Positions 25,620 to 35,737 of a DNA stretch of 64,000 bases are shown here, piece after piece. The notes below the pieces were generated by a model. That model searched no databases. It saw only the letters and a program-made list of their open reading frames with translations, and was not told where the DNA came from. Source of the DNA: Anaerovoracaceae bacterium. Its GTDB lineage: Bacteria; Bacillota; Clostridia; Peptostreptococcales; Anaerovoracaceae. Every line of letters begins with the position of its first letter. Position 1 is the stretch's first letter. The stretch spans positions 39,383-103,382 of the forward strand of contig JBMNVB010000005.1 in NCBI GenBank assembly GCA_050946575.1, in the 5' to 3' direction. Position numbers and translations under genes: made by a program.

Positions 25620-27403
25620 ATGAACAGTAAAAAATATCAGAATGTTGACTATGAAGTGAGGGACATACGCGACCTCCGCGAGCTGATAAATTCATGCGCG
25701 GAGCTGTACGGGGAAAGTCCCGCTTTTCTTGTTAAGGATGAGCCGGGCGGGAAGTACAGGCCGATCTCTCACAGGGAGTGGAATATCGACGTAACGCGCT
25801 CGGCACCTGTTTTGTTAACAGGGGGCTGAAGGGAAAGAAGATCGCTGTCGTCGGCGAGAACAGTTACGAGTGGGTCGTGACGTATTTCGCGACGGTAAAC
25901 GGCTGCGGCGTCATCGTTCCCATCGACAGGGAGCTCGAAGAGGCGGAGACGCAGAACCTGCTCGAGCGGGCGCGGGTCTCGGCTATAATACACAGCGGAA
26001 AGGTCGCGGACAAGATCAACAAGATCGTTCCGAGGCTGAAGAACATTGAATTCGTGGCTGACATATCGCTCGGGCCGGGCGAGAAGCCGAAGCATCTTGA
26101 AGAGGGAGACGATGTGCCGCGGTTCGCGTGGTACGATCTTCTGGAAGAGGGAAAGCGGCTCGTCAGCGAGGGCAACAGGGATTTCATAGAGGCGGACATC
26201 GACAGGGAAGCGATGTGCACGCTGCTGTTCACGTCCGGGACGACCGGCATGGCGAAGGGAGTCATGCTGTCCCACAAGAACCTCGCGGCGAACGTCGTCG
26301 CGACAAGCCACTATGTAAAGATCATTGACACGAAGGTCGGGCTGTCGGTGCTCCCGATGCACCACACATATGAGATGTCGTGTCACGTCATGACGGGACT
26401 GTATCAGGGCATCGCGATAGCGATATGCGAGGGGCTCAAATACATCACAAAAAACATGCAGGAGGCGCAGGCGACTGTAATGCTGTCGGTGCCGCTCATA
26501 TTCGAAGCCATACACAAGCGCATTTTCAAGCAGGCGCAGAACGCAGGAAAACTCGATAAGCTGCGCCGGGGCATTGCTTTATCCAAGAAATACAAACTCT
26601 ACAACAAGCCGTGGATCACGAAGCGCATGTTCAAGGACGTGCATAAGACGTTCGGGAACCACATGACGCTGTTCATAGCGGGCGGCGCGGCCATCGACCC
26701 GAAAGTCATAGAGGACTTCGAGGCGATGGGCATCCCGATGATCCAGGGATACGGCATGACGGAAAGCTCGCCGATCATCGCGCTGAACCGCGACAGGTGC
26801 AGCAAGGCCGCGGCCGGAGGGAACCCGCTTCCCGGGACCGAGGTGAAGATCGTCGACCCGGATGAAGAGGGCAACGGAGAGATCTGGTGCAGGAGCGATT
26901 CGGTAATGATCGGATATTTCGAGAATGAAGAAGCAACGCGCGAGGTGCTGGACGAGGACGGATGGCTCGACACCGGCGATATCGGATATATAGACGATGA
27001 AGGCTACGTCTACATAACAGGCCGCCAGAAGTCGGTCATCATCACGAAGAACGGGAAAAACGTGTTCCCGGAAGAGATAGAATACTATCTCGGACTGTCC
27101 GACTTCATCACGGAAGCTCTCGTCCATGCGGTGCCTGACAGAAGAGGAGACAGCGTGGTCAAGGCGGAGATACTGCCGAATTTCGATAACATAGTCGAGG
27201 AGACGGGGCGCCATCTCGACGAGGATGAACTTATCGCGTTCATAAAAAACGAAGTCGAGCGCGTGAACAGTCTTATGCCGCTCTACAAGCGCGTGCGCAG
27301 GTTCAGCATCAGGCATAAGGATTTTGACAAGACGACGACAAGAAAGATAAAACGCTATAACGAGGAAAATCTTACTTCGGAGGGAAAGGAAACATCATGC
27401 TGA
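25620..27403 (+). pseudogene. Long-chain acyl-CoA synthetase (AMP-binding family) interrupted by a 1-nt frameshift at ~25780
   Basis: The N-terminal 54 codons (25620-25781, MNSKKYQNVDYEV..ISHREW) and the remainder (frame of 25778-27403, EYRRNALGTCF..) align colinearly to the paralog at 27397. One extra G after GG 25780-25781 restores a single ORF. AMP motif LLFTSGTTGMAKGV. Confidence 0.75.
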
Positions 27404-29217
27404 GCGAACAGGAATACAGAGAGAGAAAAGCGCAGGAACGCGAATATGCAGAGCATTTCGTGCAGAAATACATCAACGAGAGCACGGACCCGCTCGTCTA
27501 CTACAAACTCAGCCGTCCGATAACAGACCTCAAGGACCTGATCGAAAGCTCCGCGAGCGACGAATGGTACGGGGACCACACCGCTTTCTGGGAGAAGAAA
27601 ACGCACGACGGCCCGTACGAACCGATAACGTATAAGGAGATGCTGAAGACCGTGAACGCGCTCGGGACCGGCCTCATAGATCTCGGCCTCAAGGACAGAC
27701 GCATTTCCATAATCGGGGAGAACTGCTCGAAATGGGCGATGTCGTATTTCGGCATCCTGTGCGGCACCGGCATCTGCGTGCCGCTCGACAAGGAACTCGA
27801 TAAGGAGAACCTCATCGAGCTCATGAACGACGCGAACGTTACGGCGGTCATCGCCACCGGAAGATACACGGAAAAGATGAAGGAGATCCTGAGAGAAGGA
27901 TCAACGGATCTCGAGTATGTGATAAACATGAACGCCGAAGAGGACGGCGAAGACGAATACTCATGGACGAAGCTCGTCGAAAGAGGGCAGAAGCTGATAG
28001 ACGAGGGAGACCGGAGATTCCTGGACGCGCAGATCATTAACGATGAGCTCGCGGTGCTCATCTACACCTCGGGCACGACCGGAGCGTCGAAGGGCGTAAT
28101 GATCTCCCACAAGAACCTCGCGGCCGACCTGATGGCCAGCCCCACCGTCCTGATGGTAAACGACTGGGACATATTCTTCTCGGTCCTGCCGCTGCATCAC
28201 ACATACGAGTGCACGAGCGGGTTCCTCATCCCGATGTACAAGGGCGCCGCTGTCGCTTACTGCGAAGGCCTGAAATACATCATGAAAAACATGAAGGAAG
28301 CGAACCCGACGATGCTTCTCGGAGTGCCGGCGATCTTCGAACTGATATACAAGCGCATCTGGAAGGAGGCGGAGAAATCAGGCAAGGCCGGGGCGCTCAG
28401 AAAGGGTATAAAACTCAACAAATTCCTGAAGAAATTCGGCATTGACCGCAGCAAAAAACTGTTCGCGGACATCCACGCTATATTCGGTACGCGCATGAGA
28501 CTCGTGATCTGCGGCGGCGCTGCTATAAACCCGGCGGTGCTCGACTTCTTCAGAGATATCGGCATCAATGCGCTGCAGGGCTACGGTCTCACGGAGTGCG
28601 CGCCGATGGGAGCGCTCAATCCGGACCAGAGGCCGAAGTCATCATCGTGCGGACGCTGCTTCCCGGGATTCGACATCAAGGTGCATGACCCGGACGAAGA
28701 CGGCATCGGCGAGCTCTGGCTCAAGGGCGACAATGTGATGATGGGCTATTACAAGGATCCGGAGGCGACGGCCGAGGTCATCACGGACGGATATTTCCAC
28801 TCCGGCGACTACGGATACATCGACGACGAGGGATACGTCTACATCACCGGCCGCAAGAAGAACGTCATAATCGCGAAGAACGGAAAGAACGTGTTCCCGG
28901 AGGAACTCGAATATTACATAAACAACATCCCGTACGTGAAGGAATCGATGGTATTCCAGGAATCCGGAACGAACAGGGAGGACGTGATCATCGTGGCCGC
29001 GGTGCTGCTGGACGAGGAGGAACTGAAGGAGATCTCGCCCGACAAAGAACTTACGAAAGATGAAAAGATGGAAATGCTCTGGAAGGATGTAGACGCGATA
29101 AACAGGCGTCTTCCGATGTTCAAGCGCATAGTCCACGTCTATATCCGTGACAGAGAATTCGACAAAAATACATCCGCAAAGATAAAACGTTTCTCGGAGG
29201 AAAACAGAAGACACTGA
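27397..29217 (+). CDS. Long-chain acyl-CoA synthetase (AMP-binding family)
   Basis: LIYTSGTTGASKGV, GYGLTE and TGDYGYIDDEGYVYITGRKK motifs. The start overlaps the upstream stop (ATGCTGA). Confidence 0.85.
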   Translation: MLSEQEYRERKAQEREYAEHFVQKYINESTDPLVYYKLSRPITDLKDLIESSASDEWYGDHTAFWEKKTHDGPYEPITYKEMLKTVNALGTGLIDLGLKDRRISIIGENCSKWAMSYFGILCGTGICVPLDKELDKENLIELMNDANVTAVIATGRYTEKMKEILREGSTDLEYVINMNAEEDGEDEYSWTKLVERGQKLIDEGDRRFLDAQIINDELAVLIYTSGTTGASKGVMISHKNLAADLMASPTVLMVNDWDIFFSVLPLHHTYECTSGFLIPMYKGAAVAYCEGLKYIMKNMKEANPTMLLGVPAIFELIYKRIWKEAEKSGKAGALRKGIKLNKFLKKFGIDRSKKLFADIHAIFGTRMRLVICGGAAINPAVLDFFRDIGINALQGYGLTECAPMGALNPDQRPKSSSCGRCFPGFDIKVHDPDEDGIGELWLKGDNVMMGYYKDPEATAEVITDGYFHSGDYGYIDDEGYVYITGRKKNVIIAKNGKNVFPEELEYYINNIPYVKESMVFQESGTNREDVIIVAAVLLDEEELKEISPDKELTKDEKMEMLWKDVDAINRRLPMFKRIVHVYIRDREFDKNTSAKIKRFSEENRRH

Positions 29218-29239
29218 TCCGGGAGAAAGGAGGGCCGTT

Positions 29240-30325
29240 ATGGGTAATCCTAAACTCATCATCGATATGGAGAAGATCCGCTCGAACATCAGGGAGGTGA
29301 CGGAGCGCTGCAATGAACGCGGCATTTCTGTCGCGGGCGTCATGAAGGGACTGTCGGGTCTGCCGGAGGTCTCGGTCGCCCTCGAACAGGAAGGATGCGA
29401 CATCGTCGCGAGTTCCCGCCTGCCGCATCTGCGTGCGGCGCGCGAGGCGGGAGTGAGCGTCCCGCTCATGCTCATCCGGATCCCGATGATGTCGGAAGCG
29501 GAGGAAGTTATTGAAACGGCGGACATAAGTCTCGACTCGGACATCGACGTGCTCAAGGCTTTGAATGAAGCAGCAATGCACAGAGGCAAGGCTCACGGAG
29601 TGATCCTTATGGCGGACATCGGCGATCTGCGCGAAGGCTTCTGGGGAAACGACGAACTCGCTGACGCCGCCGAGCAGGTGGAAAAAGAGATGCCGGGGCT
29701 CAGGCTGCTCGGAGTCGGCACGAACATCGGATGCTACGGTTCGGTGTTCGCGACTGCCGAAAAGCTCCAGGAGCTCGTGACCGCCGCAGAGGCGGTGGAA
29801 GAGCGCATCGGCCGCAGGCTCGAGATAATATCCGGCGGCGCGACGTCATCGTTCATGAGAGTCGAGGACGGGACGATCCCCGACCGGATAAACCAGCTCA
29901 GGATCGGGGAAGGCATACTTATGGCGCGCGACTGGAAGGAGCTTTACGGATTCGACTACCCGAATCTGCAGACCGGGACGGTCATGCTGGAAGCCGAGGT
30001 CATCGAGGTCCGCGACAAGCCGTCGTATCCTGTCGGAGAGCTGACATTCGACGCGTTCGGAAATAAACCCGAATACGAGGACAGAGGCATCAGGAAGAAG
30101 GCATTGCTGGCGGCGGGGAACGCCGATTACGGTTATTACGACAAGATATACCCGCTGGACAAGGGCATCGAAGTGCTCGGCGCGTCCAGCGACCACACGG
30201 TGCTCGACGTGACCGACGCGTCGCGCGATATAAAGACCGGCGACACTCTGCTGTTCGACCTCGAGTACGCAACGATGCTGATGCTCAGCCATTCGCCGGA
30301 CGTCGAGATCGAGGTCATGGACTAG
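29240..30325 (+). CDS. Alanine/ornithine racemase-family PLP-dependent enzyme
   Basis: Fold-type III N-terminus with the PLP-lysine context GVMKG and a C-terminal beta-domain. Resembles Clostridial ornithine racemase-like proteins; assigned from memory of the family. Confidence 0.6.
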   Translation: MGNPKLIIDMEKIRSNIREVTERCNERGISVAGVMKGLSGLPEVSVALEQEGCDIVASSRLPHLRAAREAGVSVPLMLIRIPMMSEAEEVIETADISLDSDIDVLKALNEAAMHRGKAHGVILMADIGDLREGFWGNDELADAAEQVEKEMPGLRLLGVGTNIGCYGSVFATAEKLQELVTAAEAVEERIGRRLEIISGGATSSFMRVEDGTIPDRINQLRIGEGILMARDWKELYGFDYPNLQTGTVMLEAEVIEVRDKPSYPVGELTFDAFGNKPEYEDRGIRKKALLAAGNADYGYYDKIYPLDKGIEVLGASSDHTVLDVTDASRDIKTGDTLLFDLEYATMLMLSHSPDVEIEVMD

Positions 30326-30367
30326 GCCGCGGCAGGGCGCTATATAGGTAGAAAACCCGGACTGCCG

Positions 30368-30396
30368 TTGACAAAGGCTCCGGCGGCTAATACAAT
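30368..30396 (+). promoter_or_regulatory. Promoter for greA-lysS (TTGACA-17-TACAAT)
   Basis: TTGACA 30368-30373, TACAAT 30391-30396. Confidence 0.6.
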
Positions 30397-30450
30397 ATAC
30401 AAATGATTTCCGCGGCCGGCGGAGACAGATATAGAGGAGGAAATGCAAGG

Positions 30451-30924
30451 ATGGCAGAAGAACTTACACTTACCAGGGAAGGTTACGAGAAGATCAAGGC
30501 CGAATACGAGGAACTCGTCTCGAAGACGCGCGCCGAGATCGCCGAGAAACTGAAAGAGGCGAGGGCGTTCGGCGACCTGTCCGAGAACGCGGAATACGAC
30601 GCGGCGAAGAATGAGCAGGCCGAAGTCGAAGCCAGGATCGTGAGACTCGAGACGATGATGCGCGAGGCCAAGATCATCGAAAAGAGCGCGGCCGGAAGGA
30701 CCATAGTCAATGTCGGCAACAAGGTGACGGTAAAGAACGCAGAGACCGGAGACGAAAGCGTGTACGAGATCGTGGGAGCGACGGAGTCCGATCCGTTCAA
30801 CGGAAGGATCTCGAACAAATCGCCGATCGGGAAGGGCCTCATAGGGCACAGAGTCGGCGACAATGTGAGCATCGACATCCCGGACGGGTACATCAGGCTG
30901 GAGATATTGAAGATAGAAAGATAG
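30451..30924 (+). CDS. greA: Transcription elongation factor GreA
   Basis: LTREGYEKIKAEYEEL..AREFGDLSENAEYDAAK signature. GAGGAGG RBS. Confidence 0.95.
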   Translation: MAEELTLTREGYEKIKAEYEELVSKTRAEIAEKLKEARAFGDLSENAEYDAAKNEQAEVEARIVRLETMMREAKIIEKSAAGRTIVNVGNKVTVKNAETGDESVYEIVGATESDPFNGRISNKSPIGKGLIGHRVGDNVSIDIPDGYIRLEILKIER

Positions 30925-30934
30925 GAAAGGTAGT

Positions 30935-32455
30935 ATGAGCAAGGACAACAGACCGGAAGGACCTCTGACTGAAGAGGAGCTGACCGAACAGAGAAAGATC
31001 AGAAGACAGAAGCTGCAGGAGCTCCGCGACGCGGGAAGGGATCCGTACGTTATCGAGACGTGGGATCAGGACGCGTACAGTCAGGACATCAAGGACAACT
31101 TTGATGAGATGGAGGGAAAGGAAGTCACGATCGCGGGCCGCATGATGGCAAGAAGGATCATGGGCAAGGCATCGTTCATCGATATCCAGGACCTCAAGGG
31201 CCGCATCCAGTGCTACATAAAGCGCGACGACATCGGCCAGGAAGAATACAAGTGGTTCAAGAAATATGATATCGGGGACATCCTCGGGATCGTCGGCACA
31301 GTTTTCAAAACGAAACAGGGCGAGATCACAGTCGAAGCGACGAAGCTCGTGCTGCTCAGCAAGTCGCTCCAGGTCCTCCCGAACAAGTGGACCGGCCTCA
31401 AGGACACGGACCTCAGATACAGACAGAGATATGTGGACCTGATCGTGAACCCGGAAGTAAAGGACGTGTTCATCAAGAAAGCCGCCATCCTGACTGAGAT
31501 CAGGAGGACGATGGAGGAAGACCTCGGGTTCCTCGAGGTGCAGACCCCGATACTGAACACGATCGCCGGCGGCGGAGCGGCAAGACCGTTCGTCACGCAT
31601 CACAACACACTCGATATCGACCTGACACTGCGCATTGCCACCGAACTGCATCTCAAGAGACTCATCGTCGGCGGCCTCGACCGCGTGTACGAGATCGGCA
31701 GCGTATTCCGCAATGAGGGCATGGACAACAGGCACAACCCGGAGTTCACGTCGATGGAATGCTACCAGGCGTACGGCAATCTCGACACGATGATGCGCGT
31801 GACAGAGAAGATTTTCTGCAATGTATCGAAGAAGATAAACGGAACGCTCGAACTCGAATATCAGGGGAAGAAATTCGACCTCACACCGCCGTGGCGGTGC
31901 ATTGATATGACCGACGGCGTGAAGGAAGTGACCGGCGTCGATTTCCATAAGATCGACACGGATGAAGAGGCGCAGAAGGCCTGCCTCGACTACGGCCTCG
32001 ACCCGGAAGTCGTGAAGGGCAAGTCCCGCGGCAAGCTCATCGGAGAAATGTTCGAAACTTACTGCGAGGAAGCGCCGGGATACCTCGACGGACCTGTCTT
32101 CGTGACAGGGCACCCTGTCGACATCTCGCCGCTCGCAAAGCGCGACCCGAAGGACCCGCGCATCACGCGCCGTTTCGAAGCGTACATCAACGGCTGGGAA
32201 CTTGGCAACGCGTTCTCCGAGCTGAACGACCCGATCGACCAGTACGAAAGATTCGTCGAGCAGCAGCACGAACTCGACACCGGCGAGGACGAGGAAGCCC
32301 ACCCGATGGACCTCGACTTCGTCAATGCGCTCGAAGTCGGACTCCCGCCTACCGGCGGCCTCGGCATCGGCGTCGACAGACTGATCATGCTCATCACGAA
32401 CCAGAGCACGATCAGGGACGTAATACTGTTCCCGACGATGAAACCGCTGGACTAG
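30935..32455 (+). CDS. lysS: Lysine--tRNA ligase (class II)
   Basis: OB-fold N-terminus, class II motifs (FRNEGMDNRHNPEFT, GLGIGVDRL). Confidence 0.95.
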   Translation: MSKDNRPEGPLTEEELTEQRKIRRQKLQELRDAGRDPYVIETWDQDAYSQDIKDNFDEMEGKEVTIAGRMMARRIMGKASFIDIQDLKGRIQCYIKRDDIGQEEYKWFKKYDIGDILGIVGTVFKTKQGEITVEATKLVLLSKSLQVLPNKWTGLKDTDLRYRQRYVDLIVNPEVKDVFIKKAAILTEIRRTMEEDLGFLEVQTPILNTIAGGGAARPFVTHHNTLDIDLTLRIATELHLKRLIVGGLDRVYEIGSVFRNEGMDNRHNPEFTSMECYQAYGNLDTMMRVTEKIFCNVSKKINGTLELEYQGKKFDLTPPWRCIDMTDGVKEVTGVDFHKIDTDEEAQKACLDYGLDPEVVKGKSRGKLIGEMFETYCEEAPGYLDGPVFVTGHPVDISPLAKRDPKDPRITRRFEAYINGWELGNAFSELNDPIDQYERFVEQQHELDTGEDEEAHPMDLDFVNALEVGLPPTGGLGIGVDRLIMLITNQSTIRDVILFPTMKPLD

Positions 32456-32568
32456 CGGTGACGGGGCGCGGGATCCCGCGCTATCCGAACGCAGGAGCAT
32501 GCGCCGGGACGCAGTCTTTAATAAGGAAATCGAAAAAAACTGCCGCTGCAGGGCGGAAAAAAATGAGG

Positions 32569-32600
32569 AAAAACTGCCGCTTTCACAGCGGCAGTTTTTA
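32569..32600 (+). terminator. Intrinsic terminator downstream of lysS
   Basis: AAAAACTGCCGC-tttcaca-GCGGCAGTTTTT. Confidence 0.8.
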
Positions 32601-32607
32601 TCATTTC

Positions 32608-32732
32608 ATAAAACGGGCGCCGGCGGCGGGCGGCGCGGGCACAGTCGGCCGTGATCGGGGCGGCGCTTTGCTCCGGTCGTAAAACGGGCGCCGGCGGGCG
32701 GCGCAGGCACAGGCGGCCGGGATCGGGGCGGC
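32608..32732 (+). repeat. GC-rich direct repeat (~55 nt x2, period ~71)
   Basis: TAAAACGGGCGCCGGCGG(CG)GGCGGCGC(G/A)GGCACAG(T/G)CGGCCG(T/G)GATCGGGGCGGC occurs at 32608 and 32679. Confidence 0.8.
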
Positions 32733-32780
32733 ACCCGCGGCTCTGCGGGAATAGTCGGCCGTGTTCTGGGCTCCGCGGTC

Positions 32781-32996
32781 TTCCATTTTCTGGAGAATGA
32801 GCAAAAATGGTGGGGTAATTCCGTATATGAAAATTTCCCCACCTTTTTTGGTGGGCTGCAGGCATTGATCCGGACGGGTTTTCGGAAAATCGCGTTTTTC
32901 GCCGGATCAATGCCTCGAAAACGTTGGAAATTAGGTGGGGAAATTTCGCTATTTCAAAATACCCCACCTAAAATGCTTATTCCTGGATTTCGGCCG
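32781..32996 (-). repeat. MITE-like triple-hairpin repeat element, copy R1 (inverted relative to F copies)
   Basis: The reverse complement aligns end to end with 11986-12204, with scattered substitutions. Confidence 0.9.
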
Positions 32997-33069
32997 GGAT
33001 CGGGGTGGTGGACAGCGACCGATAGCCGGCGAAACTCGGACAGCCGGCGGCGCTCAGGGCTCTGAGGGC

Positions 33070-33286
33070 TTCCATTTTCTGGAGAATGAGCAAAAATGGT
33101 GGGGTAATTCCGTATATGAAAATTTCCCCACCTTTTTTGGTGGGCTGCAGGCTTTGATCCGGACGGATTTTCGGAAAATCGCGTTTTTCGCCGGATCAAT
33201 GCCTCGAAAACGTTGGAAATTAGGTGGGGAGATTTCGCTATTTAAAAATACCCCACCTAAAATGCTCATTCCTGGATTTCGGCCGG
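33070..33286 (-). repeat. MITE-like triple-hairpin repeat element, copy R2
   Basis: Same as R1. One arm of the central stem is mutated (GGCTTTGATCC). Confidence 0.9.
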
Positions 33287-33344
33287 GCCGCTACGGACTG
33301 CCGCTCGCTGCTCCGCAGCCACCCGTCCACAGTCCCGGCACAAG

Positions 33345-33458
33345 CCCTTTACAATCAATTTACATCGACCGGTCCCGTCCCCCTGCGCCCGGCCCGGCCG
33401 GCCCCGCCGCCTCCCGTTCGCAGCCCCCCGCACATCCCTTTACAATCAATTTACATCG
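33345..33458 (+). repeat. 23-nt direct repeat CCCTTTACAATCAATTTACATCG x2 (period 91)
   Basis: Exact copies at 33345-33367 and 33436-33458, separated by a Pro-codon-like GC-rich tract. Confidence 0.85.
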
Positions 33459-33460
33459 CG

Positions 33461-33551
33461 TTGACAATGCCGGCAGGCGCTTGTGATACTATGAAAATAG
33501 AGTAAAGAGAGTCAGGCGCCTGTGATACTATGAACAAAAAGAGTAAAGAGA
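33461..33551 (+). promoter_or_regulatory. Putative promoter of the ABC operon (TTGACA-18-GATACT with TGn); its -10/leader segment is tandemly duplicated (39-nt period)
   Basis: CAGGCGC(T/C)TGTGATACTATGAA..AGAGTAAAGAGAG occurs at 33474 and 33513. Confidence 0.5.
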
Positions 33552-33563
33552 GCGGGGAGAATT

Positions 33564-34520
33564 GTGACTGAAACTGTGCAGACTGAAAATGTGATCGAGG
33601 TCAGGGACCTCACTAAGCGGTACAAGGAGCTTACCGCGGTCGATGACATTTCGTTCGATGTCAGGAAAGGGGAGATCCTCGGCCTTCTCGGACCGAACGG
33701 GAGCGGCAAGTCCACGACGATAAACTGCATACTGTCGCTCCTGAGTTTCCAGTCCGGGAGCATCAGGATCTTCGGCGAGGAGATGAAGCCGGACCGTTAC
33801 GATATCAAGAAGCAGATCGGCGTTATTTTCCAGGAGATCGCCGTGTTCCGGGAACTTACGGTGCGGGATAACATCGACTATTTCTGCGGCCTGTATATTC
33901 CTGAAAAATCAACGCGCGCCGGCCTTGTTGACGGGGCCGTTGAATTCACCGGGCTGCGCGGCTATGAGAAATTCTATCCGAAGCAGCTGTCGGGCGGACT
34001 GATGAGACGCCTCAACATAGCGTGCGGCATTGCCCATAAGCCGAAGCTGCTGTTCGCGGACGAACCGACCGCCGCGATAGACCCTCAGAGCAGGAACAGT
34101 ATCCTGCAGGGATTCGAGACGCTGAGACAGCAGGGCGCGACCGTCGTCTACACGACGCATTACATGGAAGAGGTCGAAATGATCTGCGACCGCGTCATCA
34201 TCCTGGACAAGGGGAAAATCATCGCGTCGGGGACCATTGACGAGCTCAAGGACCTCGCGAACGTGAGGGAGAAGATCAGTGTGGAGATAATGGATCTCGA
34301 AGACGGACTGATGGAAGAGATCCGGGTCCTTCCGCATGTAATTGACGTGAAGAGAAACGGGAACACGCTGCACATCGCGTACGGAGCCGGTCACAACAAT
34401 CTGGCCGAGTTCATGGATTTCCTGCACGGACACGAACTGAGATACGACAAGGTATATTCCGAGCGTCCGACGCTTAACGATGTATTCCTGGAACTTACGG
34501 GAAAGGAGCTGAGGGACTGA
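33564..34520 (+). CDS. ABC transporter ATP-binding protein
   Basis: GTG start. Walker A GPNGSGKST, signature LSGGLMRR, Walker B LLFADEPT. Confidence 0.9.
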   Translation: MTETVQTENVIEVRDLTKRYKELTAVDDISFDVRKGEILGLLGPNGSGKSTTINCILSLLSFQSGSIRIFGEEMKPDRYDIKKQIGVIFQEIAVFRELTVRDNIDYFCGLYIPEKSTRAGLVDGAVEFTGLRGYEKFYPKQLSGGLMRRLNIACGIAHKPKLLFADEPTAAIDPQSRNSILQGFETLRQQGATVVYTTHYMEEVEMICDRVIILDKGKIIASGTIDELKDLANVREKISVEIMDLEDGLMEEIRVLPHVIDVKRNGNTLHIAYGAGHNNLAEFMDFLHGHELRYDKVYSERPTLNDVFLELTGKELRD

Positions 34521-35737
34521 TGTTCAGGCATAATTTCTCGTATTCCCTGAAGATACTGCTGCGGACAAAGTCCCTCATATTCTGGGTGCTCCTGTTCCCG
34601 GTGATCCTTGCGATATTCTTCAATATGGCGTTCTCGGGCATTGAAAATGAGCAGGCGTTCAGCCCGGTCGACATCGCTGTCGTGAAATATGAGGCGCAGA
34701 ACGCGGACGGAAGTGAGAAGACGAAGCAGAACGCGAAGATCTTCGAGCAGGCGATCGCGTCGCTCGGCAAAAAGGGCGACAGTGACCGCACGTTCAACAT
34801 AAAATATACGACGAAGGACAGGGCTGCATCAATGCTGAAAGACGGCAAGATCGAGGGGTATGTCGTCTCGGGGGAAAAGCCGTCCGTCGTCATCCGCGAG
34901 AACGGGATAGAGCAGACGATAATAAAAAGCGTCGTTGACGATATCCTTGTGAATACGGATATCGTTACTGAAGTGGCGAACAGGAAGATCGGGACCGCCG
35001 CGAGGCAGGCCGCGATGTCCGGCTCGGGAACTGTCGACACGGAGAAGATATATAAGGACACGGTGGATGAGGTCATGTCCCAGACAGCGAATATACGCGA
35101 CACTTCGCCGAACAATCTGAGCCTCACCGTCATCGAGTTCTATACGCTGATAGCGATGGTCTGTCTGTACGGCGGCACCGTGGCGCTCTCCGCGATGAAC
35201 AAGCATCTTCCGAACATGGATCCGAGAGGGCAGCGGACGAGCGTGAGCCGCGCCGGCAAGCTTTCGCTGATACTGAGCAGCGCCGCGGCGGCGTGGATAG
35301 TCCAGCTCGCAGGCATTGCCGTGGCGTTCATGTTCATCAGGTTCGCGCTCGGCATCGACTTCGGAGACCGCGCGGGACTGATACTGCTGCTGTCGGTCGT
35401 CGGATCACTCGCCGGCCTGATGCTCGGCATTGCCGTATCATGCACGCTTAAGATGAGCGAGAACGCGAAGGACGGATTCATCATAATAGTCACGATGGCC
35501 GGCTCGTTCTTCTCCGGCATGATGGGCGTTGATATGAAATACTATTTCGATCAGGCGGTACCGTTACTGAACAAAATCAATCCGGTCGCCATGATAACCG
35601 ACGGCTTTTACGCGTTGTACTATTACGGAGGATCGGGGAGATTCACAGACGATCTGATCGGGCTGATCGTATTCACGGCGGTCATGCTCGTGATATCGCT
35701 TATTAGTCTGAGGAGGCAGAGATATGACACCATTTAG
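34520..35737 (+). CDS. ABC-2 type transporter permease
   Basis: N-terminal TM, large extracytoplasmic loop, then 5 C-terminal TM helices. Start overlaps the ATPase stop. Confidence 0.8.
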   Translation: MFRHNFSYSLKILLRTKSLIFWVLLFPVILAIFFNMAFSGIENEQAFSPVDIAVVKYEAQNADGSEKTKQNAKIFEQAIASLGKKGDSDRTFNIKYTTKDRAASMLKDGKIEGYVVSGEKPSVVIRENGIEQTIIKSVVDDILVNTDIVTEVANRKIGTAARQAAMSGSGTVDTEKIYKDTVDEVMSQTANIRDTSPNNLSLTVIEFYTLIAMVCLYGGTVALSAMNKHLPNMDPRGQRTSVSRAGKLSLILSSAAAAWIVQLAGIAVAFMFIRFALGIDFGDRAGLILLLSVVGSLAGLMLGIAVSCTLKMSENAKDGFIIIVTMAGSFFSGMMGVDMKYYFDQAVPLLNKINPVAMITDGFYALYYYGGSGRFTDDLIGLIVFTAVMLVISLISLRRQRYDTI

